From: Bacteroidota bacterium
Lineage (GTDB): Bacteria; Bacteroidota; Bacteroidia; NS11-12g; UBA955
Length of the DNA stretch: 64,000 nucleotides
Assembly (NCBI GenBank): GCA_046301955.1
Contig: JBKCJE010000012.1
Location: 590-64,589 of the forward strand
Direction: 5' to 3'
Shown here: positions 1 through 8,990 of the stretch, in pieces
How positions within the stretch are numbered: position 1 is the stretch's first letter
How the letters are laid out: the number at the start of each line of letters is the position of its first letter
Notes under the pieces: generated by a model
What the model saw: the letters and a program-made list of their open reading frames with translations, nothing else
The model's database searches: none
What the model was told of the DNA's origin: nothing
Translations under genes and position numbers: made by a program

Positions 1-1199
1 ACAATACCTACGGATTCTTCGCCATTTACGCCAACCTCGACCAGTATAACTTCAATGCCAACAACCCCGTGGATCCCATTCACTTCAGTGAGATGGATCG
101 ATGGATTTTGAGCAAACTCAACTCCCTTATCTTGGAAGTGGAAACCGCCCTCAACGATTACGATCCCACCCGCGCAGGCCGAGCCATCGAAGATTTCGTG
201 GGTGAACAACTCTCCAACTGGTATGTGCGACTTTCAAGACGCAGATTCTGGAAAGGGGAACTCAACGATGATAAAAAGGCGGCCTACGAAACCCTCTATC
301 GCTGCCTCAATACAGTTACCCAGCTCACCGCACCCATCGCCCCGTTCTTTAGCGATTGGTTGTACAGAGCTTTGAACACCGCTGGCATCGCACAAAATAC
401 CGTGCCAAGCAGTGTGCACCTGACTACCTGGCCCAAAGCCGATGAAGCGGCGGTTAACCCCAAACTGGAACAATCCATGGCCTTGGCGCAACAAGTCTGC
501 AGCCTGGTGTTGAGCTTGCGGAAAAAAGAGAAAATCAAGGTGCGTCAGCCCCTACAAAAAATCCTGTTCCCAGCCGATAAACCCGAAGTCAAAGAAGCCG
601 TTCAACACATGAGCGAACTCATCTGCTCGGAAGTAAACGTCAAAGAAATTGAATTTGTATCTGCCAATCACCCCAGCCTGGTGAAAAGCATCAAACCCAA
701 TTTCAAAACCCTTGGTAAAAAATTGGGCGGTGAAATGAAAGCCATGGCAGCCATCGTTCAAAGCTTCTCGCAAGATCAAATCAGACAGCTTGAAAACAAC
801 GGCACCCTCAACGTATCGCTCAACGGCAACCCCACAGATTTATTGCTCGAAGACGTGGATATCGCCACCCAAGATATGCCCGGATGGCTCGTAGCCTCCG
901 AAAATGGCGCCACCGTTGCCTTGGATATTACCATCAGCGACGCCCTCCACCAAGAAGGTATGGCCAGGGAATTTGTGAACCGCGTGCAGAACCTAAGAAA
1001 AGACCTTGGTCTCGACCTAACAGACAGAATTGAAGTGCTTTTCAAATCTGATGTAGCTGTACAAGAAAGCGTAAACCATTTTAACACTTATATTTGCGGG
1101 GAAGTATTGGCCCATTCCATCCAAACTACAGAGGATGATAGTGAGCACATACTTGACGTATACGATTACCCCGTACACATCCACATCCGAAAAGTTTAA
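1..1199 (+). CDS. ileS: Isoleucine--tRNA ligase, C-terminal part; 5' end cut by the window edge. Reading frame enters at nt 3 and the track ORF begins at an internal Met at 69.
   Basis: Translation resembles the IleS anticodon-binding/C-terminal region (WYVRLSRRRFWKGE, editing-to-anticodon domain organisation). The conserved Bacteroidota order ileS-dksA/traR-lspA follows. Confidence 0.85.
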   Translation, partial: NTYGFFAIYANLDQYNFNANNPVDPIHFSEMDRWILSKLNSLILEVETALNDYDPTRAGRAIEDFVGEQLSNWYVRLSRRRFWKGELNDDKKAAYETLYRCLNTVTQLTAPIAPFFSDWLYRALNTAGIAQNTVPSSVHLTTWPKADEAAVNPKLEQSMALAQQVCSLVLSLRKKEKIKVRQPLQKILFPADKPEVKEAVQHMSELICSEVNVKEIEFVSANHPSLVKSIKPNFKTLGKKLGGEMKAMAAIVQSFSQDQIRQLENNGTLNVSLNGNPTDLLLEDVDIATQDMPGWLVASENGATVALDITISDALHQEGMAREFVNRVQNLRKDLGLDLTDRIEVLFKSDVAVQESVNHFNTYICGEVLAHSIQTTEDDSEHILDVYDYPVHIHIRKV

Positions 1200-1202
1200 G
1201 CC

Positions 1203-1577
1203 ATGGAAAAAGAAAAGACCCGCTACAACGACGATGAACTACAAGAGTTCAAAGAGATCATCTTGAAGAAAATGGAAATCGCCAAAGACGAGTTCAAAAC
1301 CATTCAAACCAACCTAAAAAATGGTGAGGGTGGCGGCGAGGGTACCAACAACAATTACCTTACACTCGACGATGGTGCCGATACCTTTGAGAAAGAAAAC
1401 CTGAATCAATTGGCAGCCCATCAATTAAAATTCATCAAAAACTTGGAAGCTGCTTTGGTGCGTATCGAGAATAAAACCTACGGAATCTGCAAAACCTCAG
1501 GCAAGTTGATTCCCAAGGAGCGATTGCGCGCTGTGCCCCATACCACCCAAACCATCGAAGCCAAACTGAAGCGCTAA
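1203..1577 (+). CDS. DksA/TraR family regulator (Bacteroidota single-Cys variant)
   Basis: 124 aa. C-terminal ENKTYGICKTSGKLIPKERLRAVPHTTQTIEAK matches the TraR/DksA C-terminal finger region. Sits 4 nt after ileS and 8 nt before lspA. Confidence 0.7.
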   Translation: MEKEKTRYNDDELQEFKEIILKKMEIAKDEFKTIQTNLKNGEGGGEGTNNNYLTLDDGADTFEKENLNQLAAHQLKFIKNLEAALVRIENKTYGICKTSGKLIPKERLRAVPHTTQTIEAKLKR

Positions 1578-1584
1578 ACCTTCA

Positions 1585-2259
1585 ATGTCTTACGCCGAAT
1601 CTTTGCTTAAAAATCGGAAATTTTTGATTCCGATGGCCACCATTTTACTGCTGCTCATCACCGATCAGTGGATCAAAACCTACATTAAAGGGCATTTTAT
1701 GCTCGGCGAAATCAAACCCATCTTTGGCGATTGGTTTAAACTCTATTTCATCGAAAACGATGGCATGGCCTATGGCATGAAACTTTTCGGAGGAGGCAAA
1801 GTAGGCAAACTTATCCTTACCTTTTTCCGCCTTATCGTATCCGCCTTTGGCTTCTGGTACCTCATCAAATGTATCCGAAATGATGCCAACTGGGGCTTGC
1901 TCATCTGTATTGCCCTTGTGCTTTCTGGTGCGATGGGAAACATCATCGATTCCGTCTTCTATGGCGTTTTATACGCCGATACCAACCATTACATCGGCGG
2001 TTGGTTTGAAGGACAAGTGGTTGATATGTTCTATGCCCCTATGTGGGAAGGACATCTCCCAGAGTGGTTGCCCGTTTGGGGTGGACAATTTTTCGTGTTC
2101 TTTTCTCCCATCTGGAACTTCGCCGATGCCTGTATTACCGTAGGTGTGGCCATCATGGTAATCGGACAGAATACCTTTTTCTCCAAAGAGGAAGTGGAAA
2201 AGGCGTTCACATCGAACAGCCCAACCACCGCTTCTGAGGATTCGGATTCTCCCCAATAA
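1585..2259 (+). CDS. lspA: Lipoprotein signal peptidase II with an extended Ser/Thr/Asp-rich C-terminal tail
   Basis: Multi-TM protein with FIENDGMAYGM, NIIDSVFYG and WNFADACITVGV (the LspA FNxAD box). Conserved position after ileS-dksA. Confidence 0.8.
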   Translation: MSYAESLLKNRKFLIPMATILLLLITDQWIKTYIKGHFMLGEIKPIFGDWFKLYFIENDGMAYGMKLFGGGKVGKLILTFFRLIVSAFGFWYLIKCIRNDANWGLLICIALVLSGAMGNIIDSVFYGVLYADTNHYIGGWFEGQVVDMFYAPMWEGHLPEWLPVWGGQFFVFFSPIWNFADACITVGVAIMVIGQNTFFSKEEVEKAFTSNSPTTASEDSDSPQ

Positions 2260-2275
2260 TATCGCGAATTTTGGC

Positions 2276-2283
2276 TAATTTTG
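2276..2283 (+). promoter_or_regulatory. Bacteroidota sigma-A -7-like box TAATTTTG upstream of lysS
   Basis: Exact match to the TAnnTTTG consensus, 14 nt upstream of the lysS ATG. Confidence 0.3.
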
Positions 2284-2296
2284 CAAGCCAAATCGC

Positions 2297-3820
2297 ATGG
2301 AAACCAACCTAAACGAACAACAAGTACTCCGTCGCCAATCGCTCGAACAACTTAGAGCCTTGGGCATCGATCCCTATCCAGCAGCACTGTATCCGGTGAA
2401 TTGCTTGGCCGCCGATATCCGGTCGAATTACGCCGATAGCAGCGAGGATCAGAAATGGAAAGAAGTTGTTTTGGCAGGTCGCCTGATGACCCGCCGCATC
2501 ATGGGTAAAGCCGCCTTCGCTGATCTACAAGATTCTAGCGGACGGATGCAGATCTACGTGAATCGCGATGAAATCTGTCCTGACGAAAACAAAGACCTCT
2601 ACAACACCGTATTCAAAAAACTCCTCGATATCGGCGATATCATTGGTGTGAAAGGACATGTATTTACCACCCAAACCGGTGAACTTTCTGTCCATGTAAC
2701 CGAATTGATACTGTTGTCGAAATGCTTGAACCCCCTTCCCTTGCCCAAGCAAGATGCCGACGGGAATGTGTACGATGCATTCACTGACCCCGAAGCTCGC
2801 TACCGCATGCGCTACGTAGACTTGGTGGTTAACCCCCAAATCCGCGAAACATTTATCAAGCGTACCAAAGTAATCCAAAGCTTGCGCAACACCTTCAACG
2901 AACAAGGCTACTTGGAGGTGGAAACCCCCATTTTGCAGACCGTTCACGGTGGCGCAACGGCACGTCCGTTCATGACCCACCACAACGCCCTGGATATTCC
3001 CTTGTATTTGCGTATCGCCAACGAGTTATACCTCAAACGTTTGATTGTGGGTGGATTCGATGGTGTCTATGAGTTTGCCAAAAACTTCCGTAACGAAGGC
3101 ATCGACAGAACCCACAACCCAGAATTTACAGGTTTGGAAATTTACGTGGCCTACAAGGATTACTATTGGATGATGGATTTCGTGGAACAAATGTTGGAGC
3201 GATGTGCGATCGACGTTACCGGCAATGCCACCGTTACCCTGGGAGATAACCAGATCTCGTTTGCCAAGCCCTATGCCCGTTTAACCATGGCCGAAGCCAT
3301 CAAAAAATATGGAAACATCGATATTGAGGGTAGAAGTGAAGCAGAATTGGGCGCAGAAGCCAAAAAATTGGGTTGCGAAGTCACTGCGCAAATGGGTGTG
3401 GCCAAATTGATCGACGAAATCTTCGGTGCCTGTGCAGAAAAACACCTGATTCAGCCCACCTTTATCACCGATTATCCCATTGAGATGAGTCCGCTCACCA
3501 AGAAACACCGGTCTAAACCCGGCTTGGTAGAACGTTTCGAACTCTTTGTCAATGGCAAAGAAATCGCCAACGCCTATACAGAATTGAACGACCCTATAGA
3601 TCAGCGCGAACGCTTCGAAGACCAACTGAAATTGGCCGCAAGGGGCGATGAAGAAGCCATGGCGTACGACCACGACTTCGTAAGGGCATTGGAATATGCC
3701 ATGCCTCCAAGCAGTGGTTTGGGCGTTGGAATCGACAGACTTACCATGATGCTTACCAACCAACAGAGCATCCAAGAAGTGCTGTTCTTCCCGCAGATGC
3801 GACCTGAAAAATTTGACTAA
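2297..3820 (+). CDS. lysS: Lysine--tRNA ligase (class II)
   Basis: 507 aa. N-terminal OB-fold region and class II core motifs (FRNEGID, GLGIDRLTM). Confidence 0.9.
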   Translation: METNLNEQQVLRRQSLEQLRALGIDPYPAALYPVNCLAADIRSNYADSSEDQKWKEVVLAGRLMTRRIMGKAAFADLQDSSGRMQIYVNRDEICPDENKDLYNTVFKKLLDIGDIIGVKGHVFTTQTGELSVHVTELILLSKCLNPLPLPKQDADGNVYDAFTDPEARYRMRYVDLVVNPQIRETFIKRTKVIQSLRNTFNEQGYLEVETPILQTVHGGATARPFMTHHNALDIPLYLRIANELYLKRLIVGGFDGVYEFAKNFRNEGIDRTHNPEFTGLEIYVAYKDYYWMMDFVEQMLERCAIDVTGNATVTLGDNQISFAKPYARLTMAEAIKKYGNIDIEGRSEAELGAEAKKLGCEVTAQMGVAKLIDEIFGACAEKHLIQPTFITDYPIEMSPLTKKHRSKPGLVERFELFVNGKEIANAYTELNDPIDQRERFEDQLKLAARGDEEAMAYDHDFVRALEYAMPPSSGLGVGIDRLTMMLTNQQSIQEVLFFPQMRPEKFD

Positions 3821-4092
3821 TGTTTGAAATCGGCGACGACGAACGCAAGGTATTGCTTTGCCTTATACACGCTGAAACACCCCTTACGGTGGTTGAAGAT
3901 ACCAACTTGGCAGTGAATGTAGTGGTTGATATTATGCGTCAATTGCATCATTATCGCTATATCAAAGCCATCGGCAACAACAACCAAGTGATGGGGAATT
4001 TTGACGTAGATAAAATCAGAAAAACCCGGTTTCAATTGACTGCCAAAGGGTTTGATGAAATATCGGGCAATTCAAAACCAATTTCAGCTTAA
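3820..4092 (+). CDS. Hypothetical small protein (90 aa), apparently translationally coupled to lysS
   Basis: ATG overlaps the lysS TAA (TAATG). I recognise no motif. Confidence 0.35.
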   Translation: MFEIGDDERKVLLCLIHAETPLTVVEDTNLAVNVVVDIMRQLHHYRYIKAIGNNNQVMGNFDVDKIRKTRFQLTAKGFDEISGNSKPISA

Positions 4093-4202
4093 GCCTCTTT
4101 GTTAATTTGTTGTAACGATTTATTCGAGTTGTCCACCAATCTTGGCGGTTCTCGGGTGATTGTTTATATTCGCAGTAGGCTAACTAGCATTAACAAATAT
4201 CC

Positions 4203-5495
4203 ATGTCTGAATCAGTAAAACTCATCGTAGAAGGTAAAGAATTTGAATTCCCCGTTATCACAGGTAGCGAAGGCGAAAAAGCCATCGATATCAGCAAGTT
4301 GCGAGACCTCACAGGTCACATCACCTTGGATATCGGTTTCAAAAATACGGGCTCCACGAAGAGCGCAATCACTTTCTTGGATGGGGAGGAGGGAATTCTT
4401 CACCACCGCGGATACTCCATTGAAGATTTGGCAGAACACGCCTCCTTTTTGGAAGTTTCGTATTTGCTGCTTTATGGAAAATTACCCAATGCTGCCGAGT
4501 ATGAAGAGTTTACTAGCACAATCAAAGAACACACCCTGGCCAACGAAGGACTTCTCGCAATGTTCAATTCCTTCCCAACTGGATCCCACCCAATGGGTCA
4601 GCTATCGAGTATGGTTGCAGCCTTGGGTTTATACTACCCCAAAGCATTGAACCCCCATCGCTCGGAAGAAGCCATCAATAGAACCATACTGCGTTTGATG
4701 GCGAAAATGCCTACCATCTGTGCGATGATTTACAAAAAACGCAATGGTCATCCAACCGTTTATCCCAAGAATAGCTTGGACTATGTAGCCAACTATTTGA
4801 ATATGACTTTCGGACAGGTTACAATGCCTGAATATGAGCCAGATCCCGTTCTCGTGAGCGCGATGAACAAATTACTCATCCTTCACGCTGACCACGAACA
4901 AAACTGCAGCGCTAGTACTGTTCGCGTTGTGGGCAGCTCACAATCAAACTTGTATAGCAGCATCTCTGCCGGTATCTCAGCCCTTTGGGGTCCCTTGCAC
5001 GGTGGTGCCAACCAAGAAGTACTGGAAATGCTTGAGCAAATCCAAAACGATGGTGGCGATGTACAAAAATGGATCAACAAAGCCAAAGACAAGAACGATC
5101 CTTTCCGCTTGATGGGCTTCGGTCACCGCGTATACAAAAACTTCGATCCTCGTGCAAAAATCATCAAAAAAGCATGCGACGATGTATTGGCGAAATTGGG
5201 TGTGAACGACCCTGTATTGGAAATTGCCAAACAGCTGGAAGAAGCTGCACTCACCGATTCTTATTTCGTTGAACGTAAATTGTTCCCCAACGTGGATTTC
5301 TACTCAGGAATCATTTATCGCGCCATGGGCTTCCCCACCGACTTCTTTACCGTATTGTTCTCTATGGGCCGTCTTCCAGGTTGGATTAGCCAATGGCAAG
5401 AAATGCGCAAAGAAAAACAACCCATTGCACGCCCTCGTCAAATTTATACTGGCGAAGCCCCACGTGCATACGTACACATGAAAGACAGAACCTAA
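4203..5495 (+). CDS. gltA: Citrate synthase
   Basis: 430 aa, type II citrate synthase hallmarks (GYSIEDL, LILHADHEQN, MGFGHRVYK, DPRA). Confidence 0.9.
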   Translation: MSESVKLIVEGKEFEFPVITGSEGEKAIDISKLRDLTGHITLDIGFKNTGSTKSAITFLDGEEGILHHRGYSIEDLAEHASFLEVSYLLLYGKLPNAAEYEEFTSTIKEHTLANEGLLAMFNSFPTGSHPMGQLSSMVAALGLYYPKALNPHRSEEAINRTILRLMAKMPTICAMIYKKRNGHPTVYPKNSLDYVANYLNMTFGQVTMPEYEPDPVLVSAMNKLLILHADHEQNCSASTVRVVGSSQSNLYSSISAGISALWGPLHGGANQEVLEMLEQIQNDGGDVQKWINKAKDKNDPFRLMGFGHRVYKNFDPRAKIIKKACDDVLAKLGVNDPVLEIAKQLEEAALTDSYFVERKLFPNVDFYSGIIYRAMGFPTDFFTVLFSMGRLPGWISQWQEMRKEKQPIARPRQIYTGEAPRAYVHMKDRT

Positions 5496-5523
5496 CCCAT
5501 CGTTGGTTAGTATTGATACAAAG

Positions 5524-5553
5524 AAAAGGCACCCCATGGGTGCCTTTTCTTTG
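5524..5553 (+). terminator. Rho-independent terminator after gltA
   Basis: GGCACCC-CAT-GGGTGCC 7-bp GC-rich hairpin followed by TTTTCTTTG, 30 nt downstream of the gltA stop. Confidence 0.6.
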
Positions 5554-5641
5554 TGTAACCACCAATTTACTGCCAAATTCACGCATTCATCGACAAACTG
5601 ACCACTCGTTTGTTAATAGTACAATTACCTTTGAAACCGAA

Positions 5642-8029
5642 ATGCTTCGCGTCCTAACTTTACTCATTTTTTGTGCCCTAAACACCGTCGTTCATGCCCA
5701 AAATTTCACCCTTTCGGGCTACGTGAAAGATTCCACCTCCCGTGAAACCATCACCAAAGCACAGGTAGCCATCACGCTCAATACCACTCCCCCAAAGGAA
5801 CTTCGCGCTGCCACCAATGGTTATGGCTTTTATAGCCTCACAGCACCCGCCGGTACCCACACCCTTACCGTGACCGCCGCAAGCTATCCCGCCTACACAA
5901 CCACCATTACCATCGATAATAACAGAGAGTTTAATATCCTCTTGCTCCCCGAAATAGAAGGCGTTGGTACGGTAACCATCCGTTCAAAACGAAACAACAA
6001 CGTCAAATCACTCGATATATCAACCCAAAGTATCAACGGACAAACCATCAAAAAGATACCTGCATTTCTGGGCGAAGCCGATGTGATCAAAAGCATTCAA
6101 TTACTGCCCGGTGTTACCACAGTTGGAGAAGGTGCATCAGGTTTTAACGTCCGCGGTGGAAGCATCGATCAAAATCTTGTACTGATGGATGAAGCGCCCG
6201 TGTTCAACTCCGCACACCTCTTCGGTTTCTTTTCAATCTTCAATCCCGATGCCGTGAAAGATGTAGAACTCGTAAAAGGTGGAATTCCAGCCAATTACGG
6301 GGGTCGACTCAGCTCCACCCTGGATGTGAAATCGCGCGATGGTAACAAACGTAGCTATCAAGCCAATGGCGGCGTGGGAAGTATATTCTCCCGTCTCACC
6401 ATTGAAGGTCCGCTTGCCCTACCCGAATCTAAAAACTTGCTCAAGCCACGCAAAACAGCCGCAAAATCAAGCTTTATGGTGTCGGGCCGCCGGTCATACA
6501 TCGATGTACTCGCAAAACCCTTCCTGCCCGATAACCTCGCCGGTAGCCAGTTTTACTTCTATGATCTCACCGCCAAAGCCAATTACAGCTACAAGCGCGA
6601 CAACATCTTTATCTCCACCTACATCGGTGACGATGTATTCAAAGCAGCCGGATTATTCGGTGTGAAATGGGGTAACTCAACCGTAACGACCCGCTGGAAC
6701 CACGTCTTCAACAAAAAGCTCTTCTCCAATTTTACCTATTACTATAGTCGTTACCGTTACAACTTGGAATTCATTAACCGCGATGTAACCTTCAATTGGA
6801 AAAGCAATATCGTCAACAACAGCGCGAAAGTCGATTTCAACTACTTTCTCAATCCCAAAAATACATTGGCATTTGGGGGACAATCAACGCACTATCGTTT
6901 CATTCCCGGTGAGGCTATTGCCACGTCATCCACACTCAATTTGAAGTTTGGTTTACCCGATCGTTATGCCCTTGAAAACGCCATTTATATCTCTGATGAT
7001 TGGAATGCCAATGGCAAATTCTCGATTCGTGCGGGTATCCGACTCAGTCAGTTCATGTATTTAGGTCCTGGAAAAGTGTACTTGTTTAAGCGTGAAGCAG
7101 GCAAACAAGGCATACTAGATAGTATGTATTCTACTGAAAACGGCGATATCGTGGCCAATTATATCAACCCAGAACCCCGTCTCGGCTTCAAATATCAACT
7201 CAACAATAGCAGCTCAATCAAAGGAGGTTACAACCGCATGGTACAAAACCTACACCTCATCTCAAATACCGCAGCTTCAGTACCTTTCGATGTTTGGCAG
7301 CCCACAACCAATAACATCAAGCCGGAAATTGCCGACCAAATCGCCTTGGGTTATTTCAAAAATTTCAACGGAAAACACGAATTTGAAACCAGCATCGAAG
7401 GATACTACAAAACCCTTCAAAACCAAGTGGATTACATTGATGGTGCTAGCCTACTTCTAAATGAGTTACTTGAAGCAGATTTGCTTACAGGCATTGGAAG
7501 AGCATACGGATTAGAAGCCTATATCAAGAAGTCCTCTGGTAATTTAACAGGATGGATTAGCTACACCCTCTCACGTTCTGAGCGTCAAGTTGTGGGCATT
7601 AACAACAATGAATGGTATGCCAATCGTTTCGATCGACTTCATAACTTGTATGTTGTAAGTCAATATAAAATCAATGAGAAATGGGAATGTGCCGCCAACT
7701 TTGTGTTCAGTACCGGCACACCTGCCACATTCTATACAGGACAATACACTGTGCAAGGTTACGTGATCCCCGATGCTGGATCCAATGCCAGAAACAACGT
7801 GCGTAATCCCGACTACCATCGACTCGATCTCAGCGTAACCTATCACCGCAAAAAATCAAAAAAGTTTGAAAGCAATTGGGTGTTCTCCTGTTACAATGTC
7901 TATAACCGACGTAACCCGTTTAGCATCTACTTCGCCACCAACTACCAAGGCAAAGGACAAAATGAAGCCATCCGTTACAGCGTCATTGGCAGCGCCATCC
8001 CATCCGTTTCTTACAACTTCAAATTCTAA
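5642..8029 (+). CDS. TonB-dependent receptor (not SusC-type) with N-terminal carboxypeptidase-regulatory-like domain. Start set at MLRVLTLLIF; the track ORF from 5393 overlaps gltA and is not used.
   Basis: Signal peptide ending VVHAQ, CarbopepD_reg-like stretch, plug motif LPGVTTVGEGASGFNVRGGSIDQNLVLMDEAPVFN, beta-barrel ending in aromatic F. Confidence 0.8.
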   Translation: MLRVLTLLIFCALNTVVHAQNFTLSGYVKDSTSRETITKAQVAITLNTTPPKELRAATNGYGFYSLTAPAGTHTLTVTAASYPAYTTTITIDNNREFNILLLPEIEGVGTVTIRSKRNNNVKSLDISTQSINGQTIKKIPAFLGEADVIKSIQLLPGVTTVGEGASGFNVRGGSIDQNLVLMDEAPVFNSAHLFGFFSIFNPDAVKDVELVKGGIPANYGGRLSSTLDVKSRDGNKRSYQANGGVGSIFSRLTIEGPLALPESKNLLKPRKTAAKSSFMVSGRRSYIDVLAKPFLPDNLAGSQFYFYDLTAKANYSYKRDNIFISTYIGDDVFKAAGLFGVKWGNSTVTTRWNHVFNKKLFSNFTYYYSRYRYNLEFINRDVTFNWKSNIVNNSAKVDFNYFLNPKNTLAFGGQSTHYRFIPGEAIATSSTLNLKFGLPDRYALENAIYISDDWNANGKFSIRAGIRLSQFMYLGPGKVYLFKREAGKQGILDSMYSTENGDIVANYINPEPRLGFKYQLNNSSSIKGGYNRMVQNLHLISNTAASVPFDVWQPTTNNIKPEIADQIALGYFKNFNGKHEFETSIEGYYKTLQNQVDYIDGASLLLNELLEADLLTGIGRAYGLEAYIKKSSGNLTGWISYTLSRSERQVVGINNNEWYANRFDRLHNLYVVSQYKINEKWECAANFVFSTGTPATFYTGQYTVQGYVIPDAGSNARNNVRNPDYHRLDLSVTYHRKKSKKFESNWVFSCYNVYNRRNPFSIYFATNYQGKGQNEAIRYSVIGSAIPSVSYNFKF

Positions 8030-8040
8030 GTATCCACCCC

Positions 8041-8946
8041 ATGAAATTCAACATATCGCTCATAGTCAATAGTCTTATCGCCATAGGCATCGGCCTTCTT
8101 TCCACAGGCTGCGAAGATGTAATTCAGGTGGATGTCATCCAAAAAAGTCCAAAAATTGTTGTCGATGCGTTTGTCAACAACCAACTCGATACCCAAACCA
8201 TCAAGCTCACACGCTCCATTGGCTATTTCGACTCCACAGGATCAGAACCCGCCATCAACAATGCCCAAGTAGCCATCGTCGACCAATCTGCTGCATTGCC
8301 CAAGCTCTTTGTTTTTGCGCCAGCGGGACAAGGAAAATATCAGTTCTTGCCGAACCCCATCACCGGTGATACTTTTTCTATCGGACATGATTACGCGCTA
8401 TTGGTAGTCATTGGAAATGATACATTGGTCAGCTTTTCCACCCTAAACCCCACAACCACCATAGACTCCCTATCACTGGTAGACGTTGAAGGCAATGGCC
8501 CACCAATTAATACAACCGGGAAATATGTGGAACTCATGGCCAAAGACCGAAAAGGGCCTGGAGATTTCTACTGGATCAAAACCTTCCGAAACGATTCCTT
8601 CCTCAATAACATTTCACAATTGAACATCTCCGCGGATATGGGTAATACCTCCAGAGGGCAGGATGGCGAACTTTTCATCTATCCAGTGCGATACAACGGC
8701 GTGAACGATTTTTCACGTTCATTCAAAACAGGCGAAACGGTGAGAATTGAAATCCACTCCATCAATGCCGTGGCCTTCGCATGGTTCAACTTGGTGGTTA
8801 GCGAAAATCAAAATGGTGGACTATTTGCAACACCTCCCGCCAACATTTTTACCAATATCGTATCGTTCAATCCCAACAAAAAAACCGGCGTAGGTGGATT
8901 TTTCTGCGTGAGCGCGGTAACATCTGCCTCAGTCACCATTCCCTAA
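8041..8946 (+). CDS. DUF4249-like lipoprotein, partner of the upstream TonB-dependent receptor
   Basis: Lipobox LSTGC, then EDVIQVDVIQKSPKIVVDAFV, an N-terminal pattern I associate with DUF4249. Starts 12 nt after the receptor stop. The same two-gene layout recurs at 30018-33628. Confidence 0.5.
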   Translation: MKFNISLIVNSLIAIGIGLLSTGCEDVIQVDVIQKSPKIVVDAFVNNQLDTQTIKLTRSIGYFDSTGSEPAINNAQVAIVDQSAALPKLFVFAPAGQGKYQFLPNPITGDTFSIGHDYALLVVIGNDTLVSFSTLNPTTTIDSLSLVDVEGNGPPINTTGKYVELMAKDRKGPGDFYWIKTFRNDSFLNNISQLNISADMGNTSRGQDGELFIYPVRYNGVNDFSRSFKTGETVRIEIHSINAVAFAWFNLVVSENQNGGLFATPPANIFTNIVSFNPNKKTGVGGFFCVSAVTSASVTIP

Positions 8947-8990
8947 ACAACCTGTTCGTAAACCAAAATCCCAGAGCGGATTTACCAACC

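Noticed and set aside
5393-5641. The track ORF for the TonB-dependent receptor starts at 5393, inside gltA and across its terminator.
   Set aside because: The N-terminal extension has no signal peptide and overlaps a confidently called gene plus a hairpin terminator. The internal Met at 5642 gives a canonical signal peptide (…VVHAQ).
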